This document shows positions 1-13,360 of a DNA stretch of 64,000 nt, one piece after another. Every line of letters starts with the position of its first letter. Position 1 is the first letter of the stretch. The notes under the pieces were generated by a model, which was not told where the DNA came from, searched no databases, and saw nothing but the letters and a program-made list of their open reading frames with translations. Source of the DNA: the human T2T-CHM13v2.0 reference genome, Homo sapiens; the NCBI RefSeq assembly GCF_009914755.1, contig NC_060928.1. One strand, written 5' to 3'. The position numbers were made by a program, and so were the translations under genes.

Positions 1-98
1 CATGTTGGCCAGGATGGTCTTGATCTCTTGACCTCATGATCCGCCCACCGTGGCCTCCCAAGATGCTGGGATTACAGGCGTGAGCCATTGCGCCTGGC
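1..98 (-). mobile_element. Alu (AluS/Y-type) left-arm 5' end, cut by window edge
   Basis: Reverse-complement Alu 5' arm: ggatggtcttgatctcttgacctcatgatccgccc...gctgggattacaggcgtgagcc. Confidence 0.95.
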
Positions 99-194
99 TT
101 CTAATTACTATTTATTTGCTTGTGCTTTCATTATAATACCAGTAGCATAAAAAGTTGTCAGCAGGATAATTGGCAAAAAGTGATGAAAAATTAT

Positions 195-440
195 AATAAG
201 TAACTCTTTTGAAGATTTGTGATGTGCTAAGCACTGCTTTTAGTATATTGCATGTATTAAATCTTATGTTTTACATCAACTTTACTGAGTACTCTAATTA
301 CCTCATTTTACAGGAAAGTAAACTGAAACATGAAATATTAAAGAAACCATCAAATATGATAGCAGTAAGTGGCAAAACTGGGTGTCTAATATAACCAGTG
401 TGTATTTCCAGAACACATGTCCTGAACCACTGTGATATAC
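195..440 (-). mobile_element. MIR SINE relic
   Basis: Antisense MIR core-like cctcattttacaggaaagtaaactga...agtaagtggcaaaactggg. Confidence 0.6.
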
Positions 441-1964
441 CATCTCCAGTTTAATATTTTCTAAGAATGAGGCTCCACCTTGCTGGTCACTGATCATTCT
501 CTTGGCAATCTCTCCACAGCTGTAGCAAGAATTCTACATTCTAAAACATTCTGAAAGTGTGGAGTCTCTTAACCTGTTTTTTTCGGTTCTTTTTTAAGAC
601 TTCCTAGACACTCTTCTCTATGATCACTAAATTAACTAATTTCATATATTCTAAATAATCCTGATACCTCACTTTTCTTAATGGAAAACAAATTATTAAA
701 AATAAGGATGTCCAACATGTACTCAAATATATCAAGTATTTATTTATTTATTGACTTATGTATTGTCAGTTGTGGTGACAGAGACAATCATGTTAAGTTT
801 TTGCACGAAGAAGAGGTATAGAACTTTTGTATTTGAAATAACTTTAGAGTTTATTAAAGTTAATTTTGGACATCAAAATATATTTCCTAATACATTGTTT
901 TTCTTTCCATTATAAAAACTTTTATTTCACTATCAGAGTTGTTTTGGGATAATATGTACATTGAATTAAAGACTGAAACAAAAGAGAAAGAAAGGTAAAG
1001 ATAAACTAAGATAATTAAAAGAAGGCAGATGTCAGATAATCTGATGTAAGAAAGATATTTTCCAAGTTAGAAATTAATTAATTCACTTTCCTGTAAATAT
1101 ATGTAACAGAAGCATTAGGGTCCTGGCGTATGTGTGATTCTCTCAACAGGGAGAATGTGGTCAATCAGTTGACGCTCTAATGGGGACAATGTAACCCTTG
1201 CTTGCACATCTGGGTTTCCCAAGTAACTGGTAGTGAATGGAGTTAGAAAGACAATATATATAGCATTGTATATAAGCACAAATTTGCAAGAATTTACCTT
1301 ATGCCCTGTGGAGATAACCATGACACAAGTCTGACTTCTGTAAGCCCCAAATATTTCATTTGTGAAATTAGACCACCGGTTGCTAGGACTCCTTAAAGAT
1401 GCTCTGAAATTCTGCTAGTTGACAATATTATTCTATGTAGTTGAAAGGACGGATGGTTCAATCCACATATTTTGGTATTTATGTTTCTTAAAAATAACAG
1501 AATCAAAGAATAATTTAATTTAATTCATATAGGTGACCTCTACTACTGAAATATTTCTGATATCATACACTTCCAATCTGAGGGGCTTCGAACACAGTAG
1601 ATCTTGTATAAAATGCAGCATTCAGCACTTCACTATCTCAAAAGCGGACCCTTACTAATTCTACTAATTGTTTTAAACTTTAGCTTCAATATTATCAGCT
1701 CAGATTGGAACTGTCTGAGAAACTTAATGAACAGAGATTTTTATATTTTATTTATATTTTATATTTTATTTGATATTTCTTCCAAAGACAGAGGACTATA
1801 TTAATGTTTGATACTTTTCTATTTAGATGCAACTGTGAAACCTGGACTCCTTTTTTAGGTTTAACATCAAATATAGAAAATATATTTATTTTATGAGACT
1901 GTCCTATGATATTCTTTCACTAACCAAATAGTTCTCAATTTTATTAATAGAAATGAATGAATTT

Positions 1965-2234
1965 GGCTAGGTGCGGTGGCTCACGCCTGTAATCCCAGCA
2001 CTTTGGGAGGCCGAGGTGGGCGGATCACAAAGTCAGGAGATCGAAACCATCCTGGCTAACACAATGAAACTCCGGGTCTACTAAAAATACAAAAAATTAG
2101 CCGGGTGTGGTGTCGGGCACCTGTAGTCCCGGCAAGAGAATGGCATGAACCTGGGAGGCGGAGCTTGCAGTGAGCCGAGATCTCGCCACTGCACTCCAGC
2201 CTGGGTGACTGAGCGAGACTCTGTCTCAAAAAAA
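1965..2234 (+). mobile_element. AluY with ~18-bp internal deletion in right arm
   Basis: AluY diagnostics (ggagatcga..ccatcctggctaacac, gagcttgcagtgagccgagat); agctactcgggaggctga missing after ctgtagtccc; TSD agaaatgaatgaattt (1949-1964) / agaaatgagtgaattt (2236-2251). Confidence 0.95.
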
Positions 2235-2253
2235 GAGAAATGAGTGAATTTAA

Positions 2254-2385
2254 GGCCAAACACTATGGGTCACATCTGTGATCTCAGCACTTTGGGAGGC
2301 TGAGGTGGAAGGATCACTTGAGCCTAAGAATTGGAGACCAGCCTGGACAACATATTGAGACCCTGTCTCTACAAAAAAATAAAAT
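2254..2385 (+). mobile_element. FLAM-C / free left Alu monomer
   Basis: Monomer with ggatcacttgagcc...gaccagcctggacaacata...gaccctgtctctac and A-tail. Confidence 0.85.
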
Positions 2386-3291
2386 AGAAATGAATCAGTT
2401 TATTGCCATTGCTTTTAAAGAGGCTATTAAACCAAACAAACATTTAATAATCACTATAATAAGAAATAGTTATGAGTAATTAAACTGTCTAGATATGATT
2501 GAATATATAATATAACCAAAACATTTTATGCATACTCTAGAACATATAATATTGAATAACAATTTTTGAATCATGAGCCCTTGTGTCAATATTCTAACTG
2601 GCATACTTGTTTGCAAAAGGTAAAAAGCAAGGTCTAACCATCCTGGCATATTGCACTAACGTATAATAAAAATTCCCTTCCTAAATTCTTTTAAGCTATT
2701 ATAGGATATCTTTCTGTGTCACAAAAACGCCCTTTCTCTATCTTGTGACATATGACTCAACTCTAAAAATTAAACTCCTTTAAGTTGCCAACCTTTTTGA
2801 ACTCCATTTTCACTGAACACTATTAATTCAATTAATCATATCCTATTTCTATTGACTTATTGCACCTTGTCATTCCTGGAGAAGTGATGGAACTGAAACT
2901 GACATTCTTTTATTTCCTTTTATATTTTAAAACTGCAATAATTGTGGCATAGTTATGTCCCATTTCCTACTTCATGCATTTAAGAGAACTTCATTTAAAA
3001 ACAGAGATAACTAGATTCATTCTGAGCAATGCCGATCACAGTATAAATGAATCCCTTTTGAATTTTTAGGTTAAGGAAGATTTGCAATTATCAGCTCATT
3101 AAGTATAATTTGAAAATTTTATTGGATAAATATGCTATTTTATCTGGTATATATTTTTAACTTGGTTACAGAGTATTCTGGATACCTTTTACTGTCATTT
3201 GTTGAATTAAAATTCTTAACTAAATCTCCTGCTTCAGAAAAATTAACTTTGGCTTTTCTCCTCTTTTTAAATTGCAGAGAATCCAATTGAA

Positions 3292-3707
3292 TGCTATTAT
3301 AGTTTGGATATTTGACCCTCCAACCAGCATGTTGAAATTTGATCCACAATGTTGGAGGTGGGGCCTAATTGGAGGTGTTTGGATCATGGTGGTGGATACT
3401 TCATGAATGGCTTGCTACTGTCCTCCTGGAAATTAGTAAGTTCTCACCTATTTTATCAACAATAGCTAGTTGCTAGCCCCTCACCTTCACTTCTCTCTTG
3501 CTTTCTGTCTCTTGCATGCAATCTGTGACCATTTGCTCCCTTTGCTTTCCACCATGAGTGGAAGCAGCCTGAGTCTCTCACTAGAAGCAGATACCGGTTC
3601 CATGCTTCTTGTGAAGCCTGCAGAACTGTGAGCAAAATAAACCTCTTTTCCTTATAAATTACCCAGCCTCAGGTATTCCTTGATAGCAATACAAATGGAC
3701 TAAGATA
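3292..3707 (+). mobile_element. MaLR solo LTR (MSTB-like)
   Basis: Starts tgcta..tagtttggata, gttggaggtggggcctaa; ends aataaacctcttttccttataaattacccagcctcaggtattcc...ggactaagata. Confidence 0.85.
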
Positions 3708-4589
3708 ATTACCTATTTCAAAACGTGCTTAGCTATGCATATATTTAGGCAAAACTTCCAATTAATTATCAATATTCATTTGCATGATTTATTTTTAGTG
3801 TTTTCCTTCTTATTTTACAAATAAGCTTACAAAGATGGGACTCTAGCTTTCAAAAGTGATATTAATGAAAATGTATTTAAAAATTCTGGCATCTCACGAA
3901 TATTAGAAAAATTTTTTAAGGAATCTACTTTCAAATTTTTTATTCTAATGTGATCAAACAATTTTAAATACACAAAATTGAATAATGGTGATTCTCTAGG
4001 GTTTTGTTTTTTTTTTCACTAAAAGCTTCAACATATTTTTGCCACTAACTTTTTATGGAGAGGTGCTTTGAGCTAGTCAGTATAACTGACTTGGTTTCCT
4101 TCCTCTCTTTTTTACATACTGGTCTTTAAATGTCTTTATTAATAAGCAACTATCTAGCCAAATATGAATATGATAAAGGATATAAGTATTGGTAAATAAT
4201 TTTTTAAAAATGGCTTGTCAACTTGAAAAAAACCAAGTATTGCAGATTAAAGTAGATCAAAACAAAACATTTTAAACAATTAATTGTGACTTACAAGCAA
4301 AAACTCAAACAATGTGCTATTACAATTGTGGACTGAACTTTGTTTTCATATACTCAGTTAGGTGGATACATTACATTCTTAGTTACTTGGGTAGATTTTA
4401 AATCCCTTGACCAGAATCTTAAAAATTCTCACTCTACTTTTTATTTGTTGCTCTGCCATAACTCAGTTCTATAGAAGATGATGCAAAGCAGTTTTTTTTT
4501 CAATAAAGAATGAAGTGACTCCGTTTACAGGCAAAACCTATAAGTAGTCGTCAAAGGAAGAGCTTTTAATATGATGGTAAACCATGAAC

Positions 4590-5620
4590 AGTTTGTTTTA
4601 AATAAACTTGTTTTGCAATAATTTAGTTTCACATAAATGTTACAAAATTAGTACAGAAGTTTCCTGTATACCACTCACCCATTTTCTCTTATTATAAACA
4701 TCTTGCCTCAATATGTTATATTTATTCCAACCAATAATATAACATTGATACATTGTTATTAACTAAAGCTTTTACATATTTAGATTTTCTTAGTTTTTAC
4801 TCAGTGTTCTTTCTCTGTTTCAGAGTTCCATGCAGGATATATGACATTTAGTTCTCATGACCCCTTAGGCTTCTGTAGCCTGTGACAGTTTCTCAAACTT
4901 GCCTTGTTTCTGATAACCTTGACCGTTGGAGGAGCATTGACCAGCTGTTTTGTAGAACCCTGCTCAATGTGGGTTTATCTGATTTTTTTTAATGGTTAGA
5001 CTTTGGTGACATTTTTAGGGGGAAGGAGGAAGATTACAGAGGCAAAGTGCTATTCTCATCACATCATATTAAGAATACATGGTATGAACATGTCATTAAT
5101 ATTAACTATCATCACATGGCCGAGGTAATAGTTCTCATTTTTCTTCACTGTAACACTACTTTTTTCCTATTTTCATACTATAATCTTTGAAAATAAGTCA
5201 TTGAGCAGCCCACACTTAAGCATCACTTCTTGAGAAGGTATTATCTACATAAATTATTTGGATTATTCTGATGTTATATTTATCTATTCTGTTCTATTCA
5301 TGTATTAAATCAGTTGCTTATATAAAGATGAATATTTATTTTAAACTTTTGGTTTTAATTCAGTTCTCTTTTTTGTTTCTGAAAATCTTCTAGCTTTGGC
5401 CACTGGAAGCTCTTCCAGTTGGCTCCTGTATCCCTTGACACACCCTTTCCTGTCTTTTTTTTTTTTGTCTTTTTGTTTCGTTAGTCCTTATTTTCTGGTA
5501 CTACTTCAGGCCCAATTTCTACATTACTTGTCTCAGTTCTAGAATTAACCATGGCCGCAAGGAGCCCTGGGTCCTTTTACTGCAACATGTTATCAGAAGG
5601 GCTCATTGTTACTGGTATGA
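4590..5620 (-). mobile_element. Old L1 3' end (L1MC4/5-like)
   Basis: Characteristic L1MC 3'UTR antisense motifs (gtacagaagtttcctgtataccactcaccc, gacagtttctcaaacttgccttg, ctagctttggccactggaagctcttccagttggctcctg). Confidence 0.75.
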
Positions 5621-5949
5621 ACTGACATTGAGGGAACAAAAGAGTCAATGACTTAGAATTTCATAGATGATCTAACTCAGTTGTCCCCGTTGAAACCTCT
5701 GACCCAGGTTTAGGGATAGTATTAAATGGTTAGCTTCTGTGCCCCTATCTATGTATGTGACTGTAAGGATGTCAATATAACTTTTAGAACCCAATTTCTT
5801 CATCTGTAAAATAATGAGCAAAATTAATAAATGGGGACTCTCCAAGAAGACAAAACAACCTTATCTTTAGTGTTTGGTGATTTATAGAATTTGGTCTTTT
5901 CCATCATGTAAATGTCCCTAAGATGGCTGATTCGCAACTACTGATCAAA

Positions 5950-6790
5950 AAGCTTGTAAAAATTCCTTAAAATTGAATTATTAGTTCTCTTGAGCTGATA
6001 ATGAGTCTTGCAATACAAGACCCAGCCAACAATACAAGCGATAGACATGCAAATACTCAAAAATACATAGATGCAATTCACATAAAAACAAACCACATAT
6101 GCACATGCATCATTTTTAACAATGAGAAAGGTAGTTTTAGTCTTTAACAACAAATGAAGTGTGCCACCGTGGGCTCAGGGAAGGGGCACCTTTGCCAATG
6201 CCTCTCTGTTCCCTTGCAGGCATTTTCCCACCCTTCTACATCATGGTATTTAAACCCCAGAGGGGATATGTAAATGTCCACATTCCTCAGAACAACATTA
6301 GTGCTCCCCAAGTGTGGCTAGGCTTCCAGTGGCCCAGGAGTTGCAGAGTTTTCTCCTGGATGAAAATTTGGATCCTGGTTCCCACTGCAGGCTTTTGTTT
6401 TTCAGGCACTCATCATGAGGTAGATGTCGGGAAGTTGTTTCAGAGCATCAGGGCCACCAGTGTTGCCTGCAAAAAATCCTGGTGGAGCACACTGCTGTCC
6501 TTTTTGATATCTGAAATGGAGAGGCTGGTGGAGGTCCATGGGGCATTTGTTGACTAGCTCCTTTTGAAAAACAAAATTTTGAGTAATGCAAACACTACTG
6601 ACTTTATGTCCTCTTTCACCAGGTCAAGGGCCATTGACTTCCAGACTTTCTTGATGGAGTTCCACTGCAGCTCTGGCTTAATTTTCTTCTTCTATGGCCA
6701 GGAATCCTCCTAGATGATGAGATAGATGCCATTTTCTGTGCTCAGCAGCTCTTACCTGGACTTCTCTTCCAGATGCAGTAGGTATACAGA
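5950..6790 (-). pseudogene. Unassigned degenerate coding-like segment plus 3'UTR-like tail (possible processed pseudogene fragment)
   Basis: GC-richer island in AT-rich context; minus-strand frame with GC3-rich codons reads LHLEEKSR*ELLSTENGIYLII*EDSWP*KKKIKPELQWNSIKKVWKSMALDLVKEDIKSVVFALLKILFF...; parent not recognised; no clear polyA tail or TSD. Confidence 0.45.
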
Positions 6791-6879
6791 CTTGTGGAAT
6801 TTTATCTTTATCTATTCAGATAGATAATTTTCTAGATATAGATCTATCTAGATATAATAGAGATTATATATATGGAAAA

Positions 6880-7500
6880 TGACTAACCAAGTTAATAATC
6901 AGAGAAATGAAAGCATACCTGATAATAGGCCATTTCATGACAATTCTGGCAAAATTAATTTTTTTCTTAATTTTTATTTCCACTATTAGTAGAAACAAAT
7001 AAGCCCTCACATGCTGTCATAAACTTAGTGGGAGAATGAATTGGCATGGCATTTTTAATGAAATATGAGGCAAAATCAGTCAAGAGTCTTGCAGTTCTTC
7101 ATATACTTAAATCAGTAATATCATGCATTGACGTTATCCTAAATTAAATATCAATAAGATACTATTAATATGAAGAGTGCAGGCATAGAAATCAATATCT
7201 TAGATTTGAATCTCAACTCCTGAACCTCAGTTTTTTCTTCTGTAAAACAGTTATTGATAATAATACTGACTCATAGGATTATTCTTAGTATCACATAGTA
7301 AACTATCAAAAATATTTGTTTAAAAAGTACAATTACTATAGTACAATTTATAATAAAATTTCTAAATATAAAGGAAGAAATTTATATGATAAAATATTAT
7401 GCAGACAATGAAAGCTGTTTTGAACATGACATTTATTTCTTTCCTTATACATCTTTCCATTTTCAAACTTTTCTACTGGGATCATGTATTATTTTAGAAG
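6880..7500 (+). mobile_element. L1ME 3' fragment interrupted by MIR (~7170-7320)
   Basis: Degenerate L1 ORF2-end motifs (gtgggagaatgaattgg); MIR core ctgaacctcagttttttcttctgtaaaa...ataataatactgactcatagg. Confidence 0.5.
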
Positions 7501-9442
7501 CATGTATTTACAGATAATTGTGCCATTCATTGTAAATACAATGAAATGATAGAATTAGCCCACATAATGTGCCTTCCACCTCTTAACACCATATTTCAAC
7601 TCCATTTACTTAAAAATGTGATTAGCATATAAAATGAATGCACACTTCCTAATGTTATTATACGTGTCTTGTATGATCTTTTTTTTTTTTTTTCTCTCAA
7701 GCACCATTTAACTTTGTATAATTTTTTGGTTTCAATGTTTCCCTTTCCCTAATGACAAACATTTTTTTCTGTGTTCCTCCCACCTCCAGCATTGTTGGTT
7801 TCTTAACCTTTATGACTAATGTTAGCTTGACCTTTAAGACAGCTGGTAACACCCAGATGTGTTGAGCAATTATAAAAGAGACTCCCTCATTGGGAGGGCT
7901 CTCTTATCATCTCACATATAAAGTACTTTCAGCCTTATTTCCCAAGTGTGGAAATAAAGGGTAGATGGAAAGTCTGCTTTTCACTTATTCTCAATGCTAA
8001 AGGCACACTTTATTTTCTTCTGTGGTCCCAAGTCCACTTCAGCTTTTATGCTTTTGCCACAGGAATTCTGACATGCACGATGGCTTACAAAACAAATAAT
8101 GTCAGATCTATTTGTCATGTTGCCTCACTCTCCTAGAGCCAAGATTTAAACCAAGTATATTTTTGGTTTTATAATTCATATAATCAGAATGGCTTGGAGT
8201 AAGTCAATCCTCCTTGTGCCTCCCCGCCAACTTTTCTATTTTGGCCACATTCCTTCAATTTATCCTACTCAAAATCTAAAAGACAATAAAAATACTTTTA
8301 TGTAATTGATGACAAGACTACTTTCTGACTCCCTCGGGATTAGCAAGTTTTTCAAAGTACTTTATTTCTGTTTACTACAGCTTCACATTTATACAGGTAT
8401 TGTGTAAATAATAATAACGTTTTAAAAACAGATTCTTAGCCAGTTGGAGGATACAATGCCTCTGAATTTTTTTTTCTATTTTTAAAATTAGTGATAATCA
8501 TTCATTTTGGGTTTGGAAGGTTTTAGAGAGCACAGTTAAAGAACAAGATATAAGTAGACTTGCCAGGTATCCTCTATATACAGAACATGGCCTGTATTTA
8601 ATGCCTTTATCTTATGTTTTGTAATGACTCTGTTGTGACTCCGTAAGTGTCTCATATTCAGATTTTCAAGCTATTATCAAAGCTAACTGAGCATTCTGTG
8701 TTTTACTTACTAAATCTGGCAACCCCAAACACAGTATTTATTTTACTATAAATACTGATTAAACAGGTTTTAAAATATAATTTACCTCTTTTGTAATTTC
8801 AAATTCTTGTAGTGAGAGATAAAAGCATACATATTAAATATTTATCTTAAAAACATAATAGAAACAAATCAGCAAGCAAAGGGCATTTCTACTTTTACAT
8901 TTATTTGATTGGGTCATTAATCGACTAATCACCCTTCCACCTGGCATTGCTATACTCTTAATATTGAAGCCTGTGATATTGTCTGGTCTCTAAAATGTAA
9001 AAGACATTGCTTCTCTCATTGGTCCACCACACTGCAAGCACTGAAATGTGGCTACTCTCTGGACAGCTCTCCTCTGTTAAATTCTATGTCTCCTACATCT
9101 AGTAGTAGTCGTATGCAAGTCTAACCAAGATTTGTAGATGCTTGTTTGAAATTTTTGTGACAGTAATGAAAATATCAAGACAGAGTGATAGACAACCTAG
9201 GAAAGGAGACCTCGAGGCCTGAAAAAAAGACAGACAAGGAAAGGGTGCTTGGGTAGTTAATGTTGACAAGGGTTTAAGTTACAGGGTCTGGTCTGCCTTC
9301 CTTTATATTCCAGAGAATAATTATCATCCAGACCCCTTTCTTTCTGCCATAGCCCTTTCCAATAGGCTACTTACCTCTCGGTCACTGTTTTCTCACACTT
9401 TCTGCTCTCATTCTCTCTTATTGGCTGTAGGATTTTAGGAAG

Positions 9443-10110
9443 TGCTATGGACTGAATTATGTACCCCTCTTTCCCCCAAACACAGGTTAAAGCCCCAAAT
9501 CCTAATATGATGCTATTTGGGATCTGGAGATGAAGCCTTTTGAAGGTAATTAGGTTCAGATGAGGTCATAAGGGTGGGCCTCATGAAGAGATTAGTTGCC
9601 TTACAAGGAGAGACACCTAAGAGCTCTCTATTTTTCCCTCTCTCTTTCCTTTTCTCCCTCTTCAAGGGGAGGAACCTGGTGGGATGCGATTGGATCATGG
9701 GGGTGGTTTCCCCCATGCTATTCTTGTGATAGTGATGGAGTTCTCACAAGATCTGATGGTTTAAAGAGTGACACTTCCTCACTCTTTCTCTCTCTCTTGC
9801 AGCCATGAAGAGACGTGCCTTGCTCCACCTTCACCTTCGACCATAATTGTAAGTTTCCTGAGGTCTCCTCAGCCATGTGGAACTGTGAACCAAACCTCTT
9901 TCTTTTATAAATTACTTAGTCTCAGGAAGTATAGTGGTGTGAGAACAGACTAATATATCAGCCCAAAGGGAGCATCCTCAACTAGACACCAACCCTGCTG
10001 GCAACTTGACCTTGGATTTTCCAGTCTCTACAATTCTGATAAATATATTCTGTTGTTTAAGCTACTCAGTCTTTTGGTATTTTGTCATGGCAGCTCTAAT
10101 AAACTATTAG
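9443..10110 (+). mobile_element. MLT1A-like MaLR LTR, split by a THE1D/MST insertion
   Basis: 5' part tgctatggactgaat...gatgaggtcataagggtggg (9443-9661); 3' part gacaccaaccctgctggcaacttgaccttggattttccag...gtttaagctactcagtc (9958-10110). Confidence 0.8.
9662..9957 (+). mobile_element. THE1D/MSTA-like LTR, 5'-truncated, nested in MLT1A
   Basis: ggaacctggtggga...ggatcatgggggtggtttcccccatgct...gtaagtttcctgagg...gaacagactaatata. Confidence 0.85.
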
Positions 10111-10259
10111 GGGTGGTAGCTCTATTAAAATTCCTTTATCTAATCACTTTTAATAGTACAGTCAGGCTTCATACTGCTGAGAGTATCCAAACTAGCATCA
10201 CAAGGGACACAGCTTTGGCCTTCTCACCTTGTTTTCAAAACTTGTGAGACTCTGCTTGG

Positions 10260-12000
10260 GCCAGTTTTCATCTTTCAAGGAATTTGTGCATTTCATGTAA
10301 GTTATTAAATTTATGTTTTTTAAATAGTTTGTAATATTTCCTTATTATTATCTAATGTTTGTAGAACATTGCTGTTATCTGTGTTGTCTCACCGTTTTGG
10401 TCATTCTTGCTAGAGATTTATTTGTATTGATCTTTTTTAAACAATAGCCTTGGTATTCACTGATCTTTCTTTCTCTTTCTTTCTTTCTTTTTCTTTCTTT
10501 CCTTCCTTCCTTCCTTCTTTTTTTTTTTTGATGGTGTCTGTCTCTGACACTCAGGCTGAAGTGCGGTGGCACTATCGTGGCTAGCTGCAGCCTCGACCTC
10601 TCAGGCTCAAGTAATCCTCCCACCTCAGTCTCCTGAATAACTGGGACTGCAGGTGCACACCACAAGCCTGGCTAATTTATTTTATTTTTTGTAGAGACAG
10701 TCTTGATATGTTGCCCAGGCCCTTGATATGCTGGACTCAAGCCATCTTCTGCCTCGGCTGCCTAAAGTGCTGGGATTACAGGTGTGAGCCATGGCACCCA
10801 GCCTGATTTGTCTTTATTGTTTTAAATGTTTTGTCAATTTCTTTCACTTTTGCTCTTCTCTTAACTACTTTATTTCTCCTGCTTGTTTTGGATTTACTTG
10901 ATATTCACCTTCTATATTTTAGTTCAAGGTATAAGCTTAGGTCATTGATTTCAAATTTCTGTCTTTCTAATATAAATATTTAGCTGGGGCCTACAAATAT
11001 ATAGATACGTTGTATTTTTAGTTTCATTCAGTTAAAAATATTTTCTAATTTCCTTTTTGTTTTTCTCTTTAGTCTGTGGATTATTTACAAATGTAGTACT
11101 AAATGTTCTACAAGCTATATTTCTGTTATTGCTTTATAGTTTGTTTATATCAAAATTTGTGTGATTTCAATCTGTTTGAATTTATTTACATTATTGTATG
11201 GTCTAGAATATCAGCTATATTGGTAAATATATAACATGTACTTAAAAAATGTATATTATAACTTTGGTGCAGTGATCTATAAATATCAATTAGTTCAATT
11301 TGACTAATAGTGTTGTTCAAGCCTTGTACATCTTTATTACATTTTAATGTGCTTGCTACATTTTATACAGAGAGAAAAATGTCAAAATATCTTAATCTAT
11401 TGATTTTTTAATTTCTCTTTTCTGTTTTATCAGTTTTTTTCTCCATGTATTTTGAAGTTTTTTGATTGTTATGTCTTTTTGATAAATTGCTCTTTGTATT
11501 ATAGAATGCCCCTCCATTTTTATTCCTGGCCTTATTCCTGTCTCTAAAACCTACTTTGTCTCTTACTCATACACTCATTTTATTTTTCTTTTGTTTAGTG
11601 TTTGCAGGCTAAAATTTTTCCCATCAGTTTTATCTTTAAACTTCCTTTAATTGTGTTTTGCATAAAATTTTTTTTTGTAGATTATTTGAAGATTTTTTCA
11701 TAGGATTTTATGTGCTTGGTTCTTGGCTTTTGAATCTAACAGTCTCTCCCTTTTAATTGGAGTGTTTGTAACATTTATATTTAATTATCAGATTTAAATT
11801 AATCATCTTTTATATTTCTATTTATCTTATAAGTCTTTTACTTTCCTCTCTCTCCTTTTGCCTTATTTTGGCTTATTATTTTTACTGCATTAAATCTTTA
11901 GTGGTGGCCTCATAGACATACTTTTTTTAGCATCTGTGCTATATTTTACCATATACAATTATAACTTATTATAGTCTACCTTAAAAAATTATAAAATTTT
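10260..12000 (-). mobile_element. Old L1M ORF2 5'-region fragment (interrupted by AluJ)
   Basis: T-rich antisense L1 ORF2 motifs (aggaatttgtgcatttcat, ctagagatttatttgtattgatc, tatcaattagttcaatttgactaatagtgttgttcaag). Confidence 0.7.
10465..10803 (-). mobile_element. AluJ with (TTTC)n/(TTCC)n microsatellite tail
   Basis: AluJ diagnostics gctgcagcctcgacctc..ggctcaagtaatcctcccacctcag; tail at 10465-10529. Confidence 0.9.
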
Positions 12001-12430
12001 ACTTTTAGTTTATAAATGTAGTACTAAATGTTTTACAAGATATATTTCTGTTATTGCTTTACAGTTTATTTCTTTGTATCAAAATTTGTGTGATTTCAAT
12101 CTGTTTAAATTTATTGAGATTATTTAAATAGTTTTCTTACTTTTTTTGTTTTAAAACCTATTATGTATGTAGTGAATACTCTTGCTTCCTGTTATTTTAA
12201 AAATCACATTTTCTCTTTTCCCAAAATCTTAATCAGTATAGTTATGGGTTTATTAATTTAATTAAGCTTTTTGAAATGACACTTTTTGACATTGTTACAT
12301 TTCTCTATTGTCTTATTTTCATTTCATTGTTTTATTTTGTGTTTACTTTGTTCTTCTTTATTTAGCTTTTTAGGCTGGAAATGTGTTTGTTGATTTAGAC
12401 ATTTTCAAAAGTTTTACTTAAAGCATTTAA

Positions 12431-13360
<930 letters not shown>

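Noticed and set aside
6159-6557. 132-aa plus-strand ORF
   Set aside because: GTG start, no recognisable domain, and it is the antisense shadow of the more coding-like minus-strand frame.
6400-6780. Assigning the fossil frame to a named gene (SSU72-, THAP12-, TMEM183- or SPOP-like)
   Set aside because: Each resemblance was only a few scattered residues from memory, and they are mutually incompatible; a database search is needed.
6820-6875. Quasi-palindromic tctagatatagatctatctaga
   Set aside because: Low-complexity (GATA/TA)n decay is self-complementary by composition.
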